DNA of 64,000 bases from an uncultured Campylobacter sp. (lineage in GTDB: Bacteria > Campylobacterota > Campylobacteria > Campylobacterales > Campylobacteraceae). Position numbers and translations under genes: made by a program. Shown piece after piece: positions 27,910 through 37,185 of the stretch. The stretch spans positions 26,013-90,012 of the forward strand of contig CAURGM010000001.1 of assembly GCA_963524395.1 (NCBI GenBank), given 5' to 3'. Position 1 is the stretch's first letter; each line of letters begins with the position of its first letter. The notes beneath the pieces are model-generated. The model had not been told where the DNA came from and did not search any database. It saw nothing but the letters and a program-made list of their open reading frames with translations.

Positions 27910-28665
27910 TTAATCTTCGCCCTTTTTAAGATACTTCTCGTAAAGTTTCGCCTCTTTTAAAAACGCGTAAAATGCGTTAATATTTGCCGTGATAAATCCC
28001 TTGCGCCCGTCAAAAAGCGATCTGCGCAAAATGTATGATTTAAAAAACGCAAACGGATAGATCAGCAAAAGCTTCACAAGGCTCGGCTTTTTGCCCTTCT
28101 CAAAATCCCCCTGCGCGCGCAGCGTAGAGTAGTTGTTGTTTTTCATAACGAGCTCGGCGATCGGCTTTTCGCTAAAATGGTTGATGCAAAATTTGCTCTT
28201 TTTCACCGCGCCTTTTATGATCGAAATTTGCGCGTGCACCCCCATATTTTTATACTCGCCGCACTCCTTACGAAAGAAGCGGATGTGAGTATTTTTACGC
28301 ACGAGATCCGAGCACTTGCGCCCTAGCGAGTATTCGTGAAATTTAATATCCAGCGCCGAGTAATCGCTCTGGCTCATAAACTCCTCTATCTCGCCCTTTA
28401 GCTCAGGACTTACCTCCTCGTCGCCGTCGAGATTGAGCACCCATTCGTTGCTACACAGCGAAAACGCGTAGTTTTTCTGCACCCCCTCGCCCTGCCAGTC
28501 GTGATGGTAAATTTTATCGGTAAATTTACGCGCGATTTGCAGCGTGGCATCGGTGCTGCCGCTATCGACGATTATGATCTCGGCAAAATCCGCCACGCTA
28601 CGCAGCATACGCTCGATGTGGCGCTCCTCATTCATCACTATCGCATAAACGGACGCTTTAATCAT
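27910..28665 (-). CDS. Family 2 glycosyltransferase (LOS/LPS core type)
   Basis: SVYAIVMNEERHIERMLRSV..IIVDSGSTDAT...DGDE is a GT-A DxD layout. Confidence 0.75.
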   Translation of the reverse strand: MIKASVYAIVMNEERHIERMLRSVADFAEIIIVDSGSTDATLQIARKFTDKIYHHDWQGEGVQKNYAFSLCSNEWVLNLDGDEEVSPELKGEIEEFMSQSDYSALDIKFHEYSLGRKCSDLVRKNTHIRFFRKECGEYKNMGVHAQISIIKGAVKKSKFCINHFSEKPIAELVMKNNNYSTLRAQGDFEKGKKPSLVKLLLIYPFAFFKSYILRRSLFDGRKGFITANINAFYAFLKEAKLYEKYLKKGED

Positions 28666-29453
28666 AGTTTGTTCCTTATCCTAGTAAATTTCAGCCAAAA
28701 ATCAAAAAACCCCTCCGTACCCAAAATGCCGATACGCTTTACGGCGTATTTGTCGTCGCCCGCCTCGTAAAGTCCGCGCTTGACGACCACCGCGCCTTTA
28801 AAATTTGATCTGGCGATATTTAAAATTTCGTCGTTAAATTTACCGTACGGGTAGGCAAACACCTCGCAAGGCTGAGCGCAAATACGCGCTACGCGAGCCT
28901 TGGATGCGATGATCTCATCTGCTGCGAGCTGCGGATCGCTCGCGTAGGTAAGGTCTAAATTTACGTGGTGCATCGTATGCGCGCCAAACTCAACTAGTCC
29001 GCTTGCTTGCATTTTTAAAATTTGCTCCTCGCTCAGCATCCTTGCAAGATGAGCGGTGTTGACACGCTCCCAGTCGTTTTGCACGGCATCCGGCACCAAA
29101 AATATACTCGCTTTAAAATCGTATTTTTTCAAAATTTCAAAGGCGCTAGTAAAATTATTTTCAAACCCGTCGTCAAACGTAATGCAAACCGCCTTTTTAG
29201 GCAGCCGATCTAGCGCGATAAGCTCGCTAAACTTAAAGCTGCTAAAGCCGTTTTTCGCAAGCCACGCGATCTGTCTTTCAAAATCAGCGGGTCTTAGACG
29301 CCATTTGTCGAATTTATCGCCCTTATGTTCCTCTACGCTATGATACATCAGCACCCGCGCCTTATGCCAGCCCTGCGGGATCCGCCACCAGTTATACCGC
29401 AGCGAAACGCCCGCTGCGGCGGCAAAGATCAGAAACGCCGCAAAATAAATCAT
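28662..29453 (-). CDS. Polysaccharide deacetylase (NodB homology domain), membrane-anchored
   Basis: N-terminal TM segment, then ITFDDGFENNF and GAHTMHH motifs. Confidence 0.75.
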   Translation of the reverse strand: MIYFAAFLIFAAAAGVSLRYNWWRIPQGWHKARVLMYHSVEEHKGDKFDKWRLRPADFERQIAWLAKNGFSSFKFSELIALDRLPKKAVCITFDDGFENNFTSAFEILKKYDFKASIFLVPDAVQNDWERVNTAHLARMLSEEQILKMQASGLVEFGAHTMHHVNLDLTYASDPQLAADEIIASKARVARICAQPCEVFAYPYGKFNDEILNIARSNFKGAVVVKRGLYEAGDDKYAVKRIGILGTEGFFDFWLKFTRIRNKL

Positions 29454-30616
29454 CTAAATTTCTCTCCGTTTTTATAGACGAACTCGCGCCATTCGTAAGG
29501 CTCGCTGTAAAAATCGCCCCGTTCGTTTTTGTCTTTTCCGCCTAGTGCGTCGTGACGTTCGCTGCCGATCTCGCTGCATTTTTCATCAGAAATTTCACCG
29601 CAAGCATCTGCGCCGAAGCTCTCTTCGAAGATCGTCTCAAGCATAAATTTTGCCACTCGGGCGGCGTTTGCGATCCTTAGCGTCTTGGCTCTGCCGCGCC
29701 GCGCGATACGCGCGTATTCGCCGCTAGCAAGAAGGCGTTTGATCTTTGAAAAGCAATCCGCAGGATCATCAAAATAAACTATCTCCGAGCCATCCTCGTA
29801 AAGCCGTTCAAACCCCGCGATCTTGGGACTAAAAGTGCAGACGCCGCATCCTAAAAACTGCGCCATGCGGTCGCTCGCGCCGAGCAATTTATGAGCACGC
29901 GCGCACTCAAGCTCGTCGTCGCGATTAAAATTTATCGCAATCTTAGCAGCCGCGATCTCGCGATGAAATTTATCTCCGAATACGGCAGGCGCGCCGAGGC
30001 TCGCAAAAATTTTAAGCTGCAGCCCCTCTTTTTCGCAAAAATCGCGCAGCAAAAGCGCAAATTTATACCTCACGTCCTCTTGATAATCGCGCGCTATGTA
30101 TATAACGTCGGTCGTTTTAGCGGCTTCTAGGCGTCTATCAAACGCCGCGTCGGAGATGTTTGGAAAAAAAGCGAATTTCGCGCCGTATCTTGCAGAAAGA
30201 TCACGCAGCTTCAGCGCATTCGCCCAAAAAAACGCGTCGATGAAGCTTAATTTTTCGAAAAATTCCCGTTTTTCTTGAAGATGATCGACATACCAGATCG
30301 CGATTTTAATCTTAGGAAGCGCCGATTTTATCGCTCGCAGCGTGCTAAGACCGATCTTTTCGCCTTTGCCGATTAAAAGCAGATCGGCGCCGATGTTTTC
30401 GCAGATACGCACGAGTTTGGCGTTCATCTTTTTTAAGCCGCTATTTTTCAGCCCGCAAAAGCGCAGGCTCCGCTCCCAATCGCGGTAGCTAAAATCATAG
30501 ACGAAGTGGCCGCCGCGAACGAGCCCATGGCTGATCTTGCGCTCCATGCCGTAGAAAAAACTGCCGTCGTCGTATTCGTTGAAAATGCCGCAATGCACGA
30601 TCTTTAGGCTTCGCAT
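29450..30616 (-). CDS. CgeB-like / DUF3880-type glycosyltransferase family protein
   Basis: 388 aa. C-terminal GT-B-like region (VCTFSPK..YEDGSEIVYFDD) resembles the Glyco_trans_1_2/CgeB family. Confidence 0.45.
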   Translation of the reverse strand: MRSLKIVHCGIFNEYDDGSFFYGMERKISHGLVRGGHFVYDFSYRDWERSLRFCGLKNSGLKKMNAKLVRICENIGADLLLIGKGEKIGLSTLRAIKSALPKIKIAIWYVDHLQEKREFFEKLSFIDAFFWANALKLRDLSARYGAKFAFFPNISDAAFDRRLEAAKTTDVIYIARDYQEDVRYKFALLLRDFCEKEGLQLKIFASLGAPAVFGDKFHREIAAAKIAINFNRDDELECARAHKLLGASDRMAQFLGCGVCTFSPKIAGFERLYEDGSEIVYFDDPADCFSKIKRLLASGEYARIARRGRAKTLRIANAARVAKFMLETIFEESFGADACGEISDEKCSEIGSERHDALGGKDKNERGDFYSEPYEWREFVYKNGEKFR

Positions 30617-31806
30617 AACAGCTCCTCGTAGTAATTTTTAAGCGAGCTAATATAATTTTGCAGCGTCAAAGTTTGCTTAAGACCGGCGTGTTTTTGCGCA
30701 AAAGCCCGGGCGTATTTGCCGTAAGTGCGGTAAATTTCATCGATCTTGGCGCCCAGAGCCGCCGCCTCGCACAAAAACTCCTCGCTTAAAATTTCCGAAA
30801 TTCCGCCCACGCGGGTAGAGATCAGTACGGGCGAATAAAAAATACCTTCGATCAAAATCACCGGAAAGCCCTCCTTGCGCGAGCTGATGACGTGCAGGTG
30901 CGACGCGGCAAGAGCTGCCGCAACGTCGTCACAAAAGCCGCACAACCGCACGCGGTCCTGCAATTTTAGCGAATCGATTAAATTTTGCAAATTTTGCCTC
31001 TCGCCGCCCTGACCGTAAATTTTAAGCTCGAAATTAAATTTCAGTTCGCTTACGGCGCGGATCAAAAGATCAAAACCTTTGATCTTATCGAGCCTGCCGA
31101 CCGCGACGATGCTAAATTTAAAATTTTCCGCCGCCGCGTTTGCGCCTTTTTGCGATACGAATACGCTGCCAGTTTTATTTTGCGATGCGTCCGCATCCAA
31201 AGGCGTATCTTGCGACGCAAATGCAGCGCCAGCCATGTCTTGCGACGCGCCCGCAGCATCATCCGAGTCGCCGCATGCATCTTTTTTTCTCTCAAGCGCC
31301 CTATTTGCAGCGCCCTCCGCGTCCTTGCAGCGCGCGTAAATTTCACGATTTGCAAACTCCTGTCGCGGCTCTATGCCGAAATATATCACCTTCGCGGCGT
31401 GATTTATCGTGGTTGCGACCTTGCGCGAGGCTGCGATGACGTTTCGCACGCGATCGAAAACCGGCGCCTTGCGGTCGTTGTGTTTGGTCGCAACGAGCTT
31501 AAGATTTAAAAATTTTTCGACCACGAAGCCGATCTGTGCGGCTTTGGCACCGTGCGAATGTAAAATTTCAAATCCACCCGAGCGTAAAAACCGATAAATT
31601 TCAACGAACAAAAACGGATTGTAGCGCTTGTCGCGGCTTTTATACTGATAAATTTGCACGCGAGCATCCAAGCGCTGCAAAAACTCGCATCTATCGGGCA
31701 CAATGAGCGCCGCCTGCTCGCTTTTGCAAAGCTCATTTAGCGAGTCGATCACGATCTTTTCGACGCCGCCGTAAAATCTGGAGCAGCAAAGGTAGGCGAT
31801 TTTCAT
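30604..31806 (-). CDS. Family 4 (GT-B) glycosyltransferase with an Ala/Ser/Gln/Asp-rich insertion
   Basis: VAVGRLDKIKGFD...SRKEGFPVILIEG is the GT4 EX7E region. Insertion at about aa 155-228. Confidence 0.7.
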   Translation of the reverse strand: MKIAYLCCSRFYGGVEKIVIDSLNELCKSEQAALIVPDRCEFLQRLDARVQIYQYKSRDKRYNPFLFVEIYRFLRSGGFEILHSHGAKAAQIGFVVEKFLNLKLVATKHNDRKAPVFDRVRNVIAASRKVATTINHAAKVIYFGIEPRQEFANREIYARCKDAEGAANRALERKKDACGDSDDAAGASQDMAGAAFASQDTPLDADASQNKTGSVFVSQKGANAAAENFKFSIVAVGRLDKIKGFDLLIRAVSELKFNFELKIYGQGGERQNLQNLIDSLKLQDRVRLCGFCDDVAAALAASHLHVISSRKEGFPVILIEGIFYSPVLISTRVGGISEILSEEFLCEAAALGAKIDEIYRTYGKYARAFAQKHAGLKQTLTLQNYISSLKNYYEELLCEA

Positions 31807-32621
31807 CTATTTCTGCCCTTTTTCATCTTCAAAATAAAGCTCAAAAGCCCCTGCCTGCCGCTAACCATGATGCGCGGAATTTCAAAATTTGAGTAGTGAG
31901 GGCGCAACACGTCGTTTTGCGTCGTAACCGCGCAGCTAAAGCCCGCCTCTCGCGCGCAGCGCACACTAATCTCGTCGTAAAAGCCGAACGGATAGGCAAA
32001 GGCGCTGCAAGGGATGTCAAATTTCGCCTCTATTTCGCGCTTTGATTCACTCATCTGACGCAGCTGCTCTTGCGCGCCCAAGCTAGGCAAATTTGCATGA
32101 TCGAGCGTATGCGAGCCGATCTCGATGAGCCCGCTTCGCAAAAGCTCGCGAACCTCATCGTCGCTTAGCATCTGTTCGCGATTTAGCTCGTCGCTTGATT
32201 TTTTCAGATCCTTATCGGTCGCCCAATTCCCCTCAAAGCGCCGGTTCACGATGAAAATCGTCGCCTTAAAGCCGTATTTTTGAAGTATCGGCAGAGCGCC
32301 CGTGAGATTATCGCGGTATCCGTCGTCGAAAGTGATACAAACCGCCTTTGTAGGCTTTTTATCCAAGCTTGTAAGCTCGCTTAGCGTGTAGCTCGTAAAG
32401 CCGTTTAGCTTCAGCCACGCAAGCTGTTTTTCAAACGCGGCGGGGGTCACGCGCAGGCGGTTAAATTTAGAGGCATGCTTTGGCAGATGCGCGCGAATCA
32501 TATGATACATCAGCACGCGCGGATACTCGTAAGATTGGTCCTTTGCCCACCACGCAAAGCGTAGGCAAAACCACACAAAAAGCGCAGCCGCCGCAAAAGC
32601 CAAAACCGCCGCGTAGATCAT
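31803..32621 (-). CDS. Polysaccharide deacetylase, second paralogue
   Basis: ITFDDGYRDNL and GSHTLDH motifs. Start set at ATG 32621, which forms an ATGA overlap with the upstream ligase-like gene. Confidence 0.75.
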   Translation of the reverse strand: MIYAAVLAFAAAALFVWFCLRFAWWAKDQSYEYPRVLMYHMIRAHLPKHASKFNRLRVTPAAFEKQLAWLKLNGFTSYTLSELTSLDKKPTKAVCITFDDGYRDNLTGALPILQKYGFKATIFIVNRRFEGNWATDKDLKKSSDELNREQMLSDDEVRELLRSGLIEIGSHTLDHANLPSLGAQEQLRQMSESKREIEAKFDIPCSAFAYPFGFYDEISVRCAREAGFSCAVTTQNDVLRPHYSNFEIPRIMVSGRQGLLSFILKMKKGRNR

Positions 32622-33805
32622 CGCTCGATCCTTATGCGATAAGCCAAAAAACTCAAAATCGTAGCCAGGCTTAGCGCTTCTTTCGACAGATACGCTCCGT
32701 GATCGAACTGGCAATCTATCAAAAGATAGATCAGAAGCGTAAGAACCCCAAACTGCCTGCTTTGAATGCACTCCTTAAAAACGCTAAATAGGATCGCGCC
32801 GTAAAAGATAAGGCCAAGCACGCCACTATAAAGTAAAATTTCTAAAAATAAATTATGCGGCGCGTTATATTCGGGGTGCTCAAGTACGGGGGAGCCCGGC
32901 AAATTTATATATGAACCCAGCCCGTAGCCTAAGATAGGCTTTTCTTGCGCCATCTCTAAAATATAGCTCCAAATCACGGTTCTGCCTGAGGAGTTGCCGC
33001 TAAATAGCGCTGCTAGCCTTTGCTCAAACGACGGCGAAAGCGCAAGCAAAACAGCAAAAATCGCGATGAAGCCTACCGTGAAAAGCAGGTATTTTTTGTT
33101 TAGGCTCTTTAAATTTAGCGCGCCGTAAAACGCAAGCGCGCAGAACGCGCCGACCCACGCCGCTCTGGAAAATGAAAAGATCATAAAAAACGCAAACAAA
33201 AGCAGAGCCGCAAATTTAAGCGCCAAAGGCCGCCATATCGCCACCGCGCTAAGGCAGAGCCCAAAGCCCATAAAAAGCCCTAAAATATTGCGGTTCGAAA
33301 GCGCTCCGCTAAGACCTCCGCGAACAGAGTCGCTTGAAAAGACGATTGCGTCGCTGCTACTTGCAAACTGATAGATCGCGCTCGCCGATAAAATTCCAAG
33401 CCCTACGAACAGAAAGGCAAAAACGGCGTTTTGATCAAAAAATTTAAGCTTATAAAAATAACAAAGCACCAAAAATATCGCGCCGTATCGAAGGACGAAA
33501 AATATGGTGCTCTGCCATGCTTTTTTTGAGATAACCGCCTCGTTTAGGAGGTTTGAGATCGCTAGCGTCGCCACTAAACAGACAAAGCAGATCGCAATAA
33601 ATCGCGTTTTTTTCAAAATTTCGCTTAGGATTGCGTAGTTTTTAAAATACAATAGATGCGCCAAAAAGAACAAATTCAGCGCCGCAAAGGAGATCTGATA
33701 GACCGCGTTTTTAAAAAACAGCGACGCGCACCAAAGAAGTAGCAGCGTTAAAAATGTGATCCTCCAGCCGCTAGGCGCGCCGTTTTCGTAAAAAAATTTT
33801 TTCAT
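32618..33805 (-). CDS. O-antigen ligase/polymerase family membrane protein (WaaL/Wzy_C-like)
   Basis: About 10-12 TM segments. FSFSRAAWVGAF loop region is typical of Wzy_C. Context is a glycan cluster. Confidence 0.6.
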   Translation of the reverse strand: MKKFFYENGAPSGWRITFLTLLLLWCASLFFKNAVYQISFAALNLFFLAHLLYFKNYAILSEILKKTRFIAICFVCLVATLAISNLLNEAVISKKAWQSTIFFVLRYGAIFLVLCYFYKLKFFDQNAVFAFLFVGLGILSASAIYQFASSSDAIVFSSDSVRGGLSGALSNRNILGLFMGFGLCLSAVAIWRPLALKFAALLLFAFFMIFSFSRAAWVGAFCALAFYGALNLKSLNKKYLLFTVGFIAIFAVLLALSPSFEQRLAALFSGNSSGRTVIWSYILEMAQEKPILGYGLGSYINLPGSPVLEHPEYNAPHNLFLEILLYSGVLGLIFYGAILFSVFKECIQSRQFGVLTLLIYLLIDCQFDHGAYLSKEALSLATILSFLAYRIRIER

Positions 33806-34878
33806 ATTAAACTCTCATAAACCTTTATCGTTCTTTCTACCATCTGCTCTAGGCTGAAGTTTTGCGAAACGTAGCCGTAGCCGTCAAATTTCAGCTCGCG
33901 CGCGGGAGCAAATAGCCCCGCCAGCGCCCGTGCGTCGCCTACGTCAAAAAAATAACCGTTTTCGCCCTCTCTTACGATATCCAGCGCGCCGCCGTGGCGG
34001 GTCGCGATCACCGGGCAATTCAGCGCGATCGCCTCAGCCATTGAGCGCCCAAAGCTCTCGGGCTTGCTTGAAGCACTTACCGTGACCGATGAGAGCGAGT
34101 AAATCTCGGCCACCTTGCTCTGCGAACCTGCAAAAATTACGCGCTCGCAGAGACCAAGCCCCTCTACGAGCGATTTTAGCTCCGAAAAATACTCGTCGCG
34201 ATCCGCTCTCGCGCCGCCTACTATCAAAATTTTAAGCTTTTGTTCGCTTGCCAAAGCCGCGGCGCGGATCAGGGTTTTGTAATCCTTAATCTGCGTGATG
34301 CGCCCAACGCCGGAGACGATGAAATCATCCTGCGCGAGGTTAAAATTCTGCCGAAATTCCGCGATGAAGCGCTCATCTAAATTTTTGGGATTAAATTTTT
34401 CTAGATCGATACCGCGCGGAATGATCGTGATCTTGGCTGCATCCGTGCCGTAGCTTCGCACCACGTGATCGCGCGTATAGCCGCTAGGACAGATGATCGC
34501 GTCCGCATCGGTCATAATCTTGCTGTAGAAATTTACGGAATTTATCCCGTGCACGGTGCTTACGATCTTTGCACGCGGTTGAGCAAATTTAACCAGCCAC
34601 GCCGGCACGCGGGAGCGGACATGCACGATGTCGGGAGCGATCTCGCTTAAAATTTTACGCAGCTTTAAGACGCGCGACGGAACGCTTAGGATATTTTTGG
34701 AGCAAACATCGAGCTGTATGTGCACGCCGCCATCTTTTTCTATCTTTGGCGCCAATTTACCGCCGTTACTGATAACGAAATTTTCGATGCCGCGTCGTGC
34801 GAACTCCCTATTTAGCTCGACTACGCCGCGCTCGACGCCGCCTTCGTTCAGCTCGGGCAGGATTTGCACGACCCTCAT
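33802..34878 (-). CDS. Family 4 (GT-B) glycosyltransferase
   Basis: MRVVQILPELNEGGVERGV, plus SSKPESFGRSMAEAIALNCPVIAT (EX7E). Confidence 0.75.
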   Translation of the reverse strand: MRVVQILPELNEGGVERGVVELNREFARRGIENFVISNGGKLAPKIEKDGGVHIQLDVCSKNILSVPSRVLKLRKILSEIAPDIVHVRSRVPAWLVKFAQPRAKIVSTVHGINSVNFYSKIMTDADAIICPSGYTRDHVVRSYGTDAAKITIIPRGIDLEKFNPKNLDERFIAEFRQNFNLAQDDFIVSGVGRITQIKDYKTLIRAAALASEQKLKILIVGGARADRDEYFSELKSLVEGLGLCERVIFAGSQSKVAEIYSLSSVTVSASSKPESFGRSMAEAIALNCPVIATRHGGALDIVREGENGYFFDVGDARALAGLFAPARELKFDGYGYVSQNFSLEQMVERTIKVYESLI

Positions 34879-36245
34879 ATTTTTATCTCCCTCACAAACG
34901 CCTTAAGATCGTACTTCGCGGTCTTTTTTAGCGCTTCATCGTAGCGCCTAGCATGCCCCGTAGAAACAAGAGCGCTTATAAAATCGTCAAATTTATTATG
35001 AGCGTCTTTGCGTTTTAAACTCAAAATAGCTACGTTCGCGCTCCCGTTAGATGCAGCCTCACTTATCATCGAGACGCTGTCTTCGCTGATAAAAACCCAC
35101 TCGCACTGCGCCAAAAAATCGCCGATCGGATTTACTGGCTCGCGGCTGTAAATCACGCTGTAATCCCAGCTGAGATTTTCTAGCGCGCTCTCGGTAGCCC
35201 GCGGCGTGCGCGGAGAGGTCGTTAGCGCAAACTCGCAGTCCGCAAACCGCGCCCTTACGCCCTCTATCTGCTTTAAAATTTCATCCCCCATCTCAAAGCA
35301 GGAATTCGGCCCGCCGATGATAAATCCGATGGATTTGCGCTGCGGCTTATACAGCCCCGGCGGGCGCGAAAAGCTAAGCGAAATTGGCGAAATTTTAAGA
35401 TTTGCACGCGGCTTTGGGCGGTCATGCGCGCCTGCGATGATGACGCTAAAATCCTTGCGATAGCCCTTCGGATACATTAGTGCTATACTCGGCCTAGCGT
35501 ATCTGCGCGCGTAAAATTTCAGCGCGTAATAGCTCGTAGAGCCCGCTCCTACGAACAGATCGAAATCTACGAAATTTAAATTGCGATCTGATGCAGCGTC
35601 TAAATTTGCGCTATCTGATGCAGCGGGGCTATTTAAAGAGGTATTATTTAAATTTGATCCGTTTTTACGGTCCGCCGCCGTGCCACTCCCGCCAAGATCG
35701 CACTTAAAAATTTTAAAATAAAGCCCAAAAAAATCAAGCGCGTAGGAGCAGAGTTTAAGAAACTTGCTTGCGTAAGCGATCTTGCAAATGCAAAAATCAA
35801 GCCCTTTTAGCTCGCAAAATGCGATACTTTGGTTCTCGTGCCCCTTGCGGCCGTCGCTTAAGATGAGCGCTTTTCGATGCGGATTTTTTGGGGCGGACGG
35901 ATTTGTAGCGGAGTTTTCGCTGTTTAAATTTAATGACCCGCCGCCTGCGTGCCACGCGTAATCTGAGGCGTCGGATCTTAAATTTTTATCGCTAAAGCTT
36001 TCACGCCGCAAAGTGCAAGACGTGTGACCGCAAAACGATATAAAATTTTTGAAGTTCGAATTTTTACCTGCTCGCGCGACAGCGATCGCCATAGAGCTTT
36101 CGCGATTTAAAATTTTAACGGCGCGCGCGGCGCTGCCCAAATTTTCGACGCTTTGCTCTTTTGCAAAAAGACGCGAGCCCTGCGGCGCGGGTAAATTCCT
36201 CACAACGCTCTGCCTGCTCTCGCCTCTTAGAATTTGCCGCACCAT
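34875..36245 (-). CDS. ELM1/DUF1022-family protein (putative glycan biosynthesis) with low-complexity N-terminal and internal extensions
   Basis: ILSDGRKGHENQSIAF is the ELM1-family N-terminal motif. Start chosen at ATG 36245 (TGATG coupling with lpxL). Alternative start at 36092. Confidence 0.5.
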   Translation of the reverse strand: MVRQILRGESRQSVVRNLPAPQGSRLFAKEQSVENLGSAARAVKILNRESSMAIAVARAGKNSNFKNFISFCGHTSCTLRRESFSDKNLRSDASDYAWHAGGGSLNLNSENSATNPSAPKNPHRKALILSDGRKGHENQSIAFCELKGLDFCICKIAYASKFLKLCSYALDFFGLYFKIFKCDLGGSGTAADRKNGSNLNNTSLNSPAASDSANLDAASDRNLNFVDFDLFVGAGSTSYYALKFYARRYARPSIALMYPKGYRKDFSVIIAGAHDRPKPRANLKISPISLSFSRPPGLYKPQRKSIGFIIGGPNSCFEMGDEILKQIEGVRARFADCEFALTTSPRTPRATESALENLSWDYSVIYSREPVNPIGDFLAQCEWVFISEDSVSMISEAASNGSANVAILSLKRKDAHNKFDDFISALVSTGHARRYDEALKKTAKYDLKAFVREIKI

Positions 36246-37126
36246 CAGTCCATCTTCCATCGTTTGTGTATCCAAAACCACTGCTGCGGCGCGGTTCGCA
36301 CGACCTCTTCGAAAATGTCGTTGCACTTTTGCGTGATAAACAGCTCGGCTTCGTCCTTATTTAGCCCTTCAGGTAGCGGCGGAAAATCCTTGATCACAAT
36401 CTCGTAGCGATCATCCGCGCCGCGCCGCGCAAAGATCGGGATCAGCACGGGATGAAATTTCAAATAAAGCGACGCGATGGTCTTTGTGGTGTAGCACTGC
36501 CGTCCAAAAAAAGTCGTAATCAGGCTGTTTTTAGGGCCCGGCTTTTGATCGGGCAGAATGCCTACGTTGCGCCCCTGCTTTAGCGCCTGCACGAGCCTGC
36601 GCATCGCATCGTCCTTATAAATGAGGTCATTGCCGTAGCGCTCGCGAAAGGGCGCCACTAGCCGCTCTTCGATCAACTCATTATCGCTGCGACGCCCAAC
36701 TACCGAGACAGGAAAGCCGTTGGCGCCAAAAAAATTAGCTAGAATTTCCCAATTTCCAAAATGTGCGGTAAAAAATAAAATCCCGTGCGGATTATCACCT
36801 TTTAACTTTCGGACGCGCTCTAGCGCCTGCTCGCCGTTTGAAATCAGATCATCAAATTTTAGTCTGCCATTGTAAAATAAAAGCGTGTCGGTAAGCGTCC
36901 TAGCGATACTGCGAAAATTCTCGATCGCAAGAGCGTGAAGCTCACTTTCGCTTTTTTGCGGATAGGCGGCGCAAAGGTTGTCTTGTGCGACTTTAACGCG
37001 CCTACTAAGCTTCCACGATGCAAAAAGTGCGAGCTTATCGAAAAATGCGAATATGAAGCTTTTCGGCGCGAATTTTGCAAATTTTATCAGACACAGCGCC
37101 AAAAAATATTGGATTTTTTCCTTCAT
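36245..37126 (-). CDS. lpxL: Lipid A biosynthesis (Kdo)2-lipid IVA acyltransferase (LpxL/HtrB family)
   Basis: TAHFGNWEILANFF (HX4-type acyltransferase motif). 293 aa. PQQWFWIHKRWK C-terminus is typical. Confidence 0.75.
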   Translation of the reverse strand: MKEKIQYFLALCLIKFAKFAPKSFIFAFFDKLALFASWKLSRRVKVAQDNLCAAYPQKSESELHALAIENFRSIARTLTDTLLFYNGRLKFDDLISNGEQALERVRKLKGDNPHGILFFTAHFGNWEILANFFGANGFPVSVVGRRSDNELIEERLVAPFRERYGNDLIYKDDAMRRLVQALKQGRNVGILPDQKPGPKNSLITTFFGRQCYTTKTIASLYLKFHPVLIPIFARRGADDRYEIVIKDFPPLPEGLNKDEAELFITQKCNDIFEEVVRTAPQQWFWIHKRWKMD

Positions 37127-37185
37127 AAAGACCTCGTTTTAAATGCGAGATTATATTGAATTTTGGCTAATTAGTAGCTAAAACG

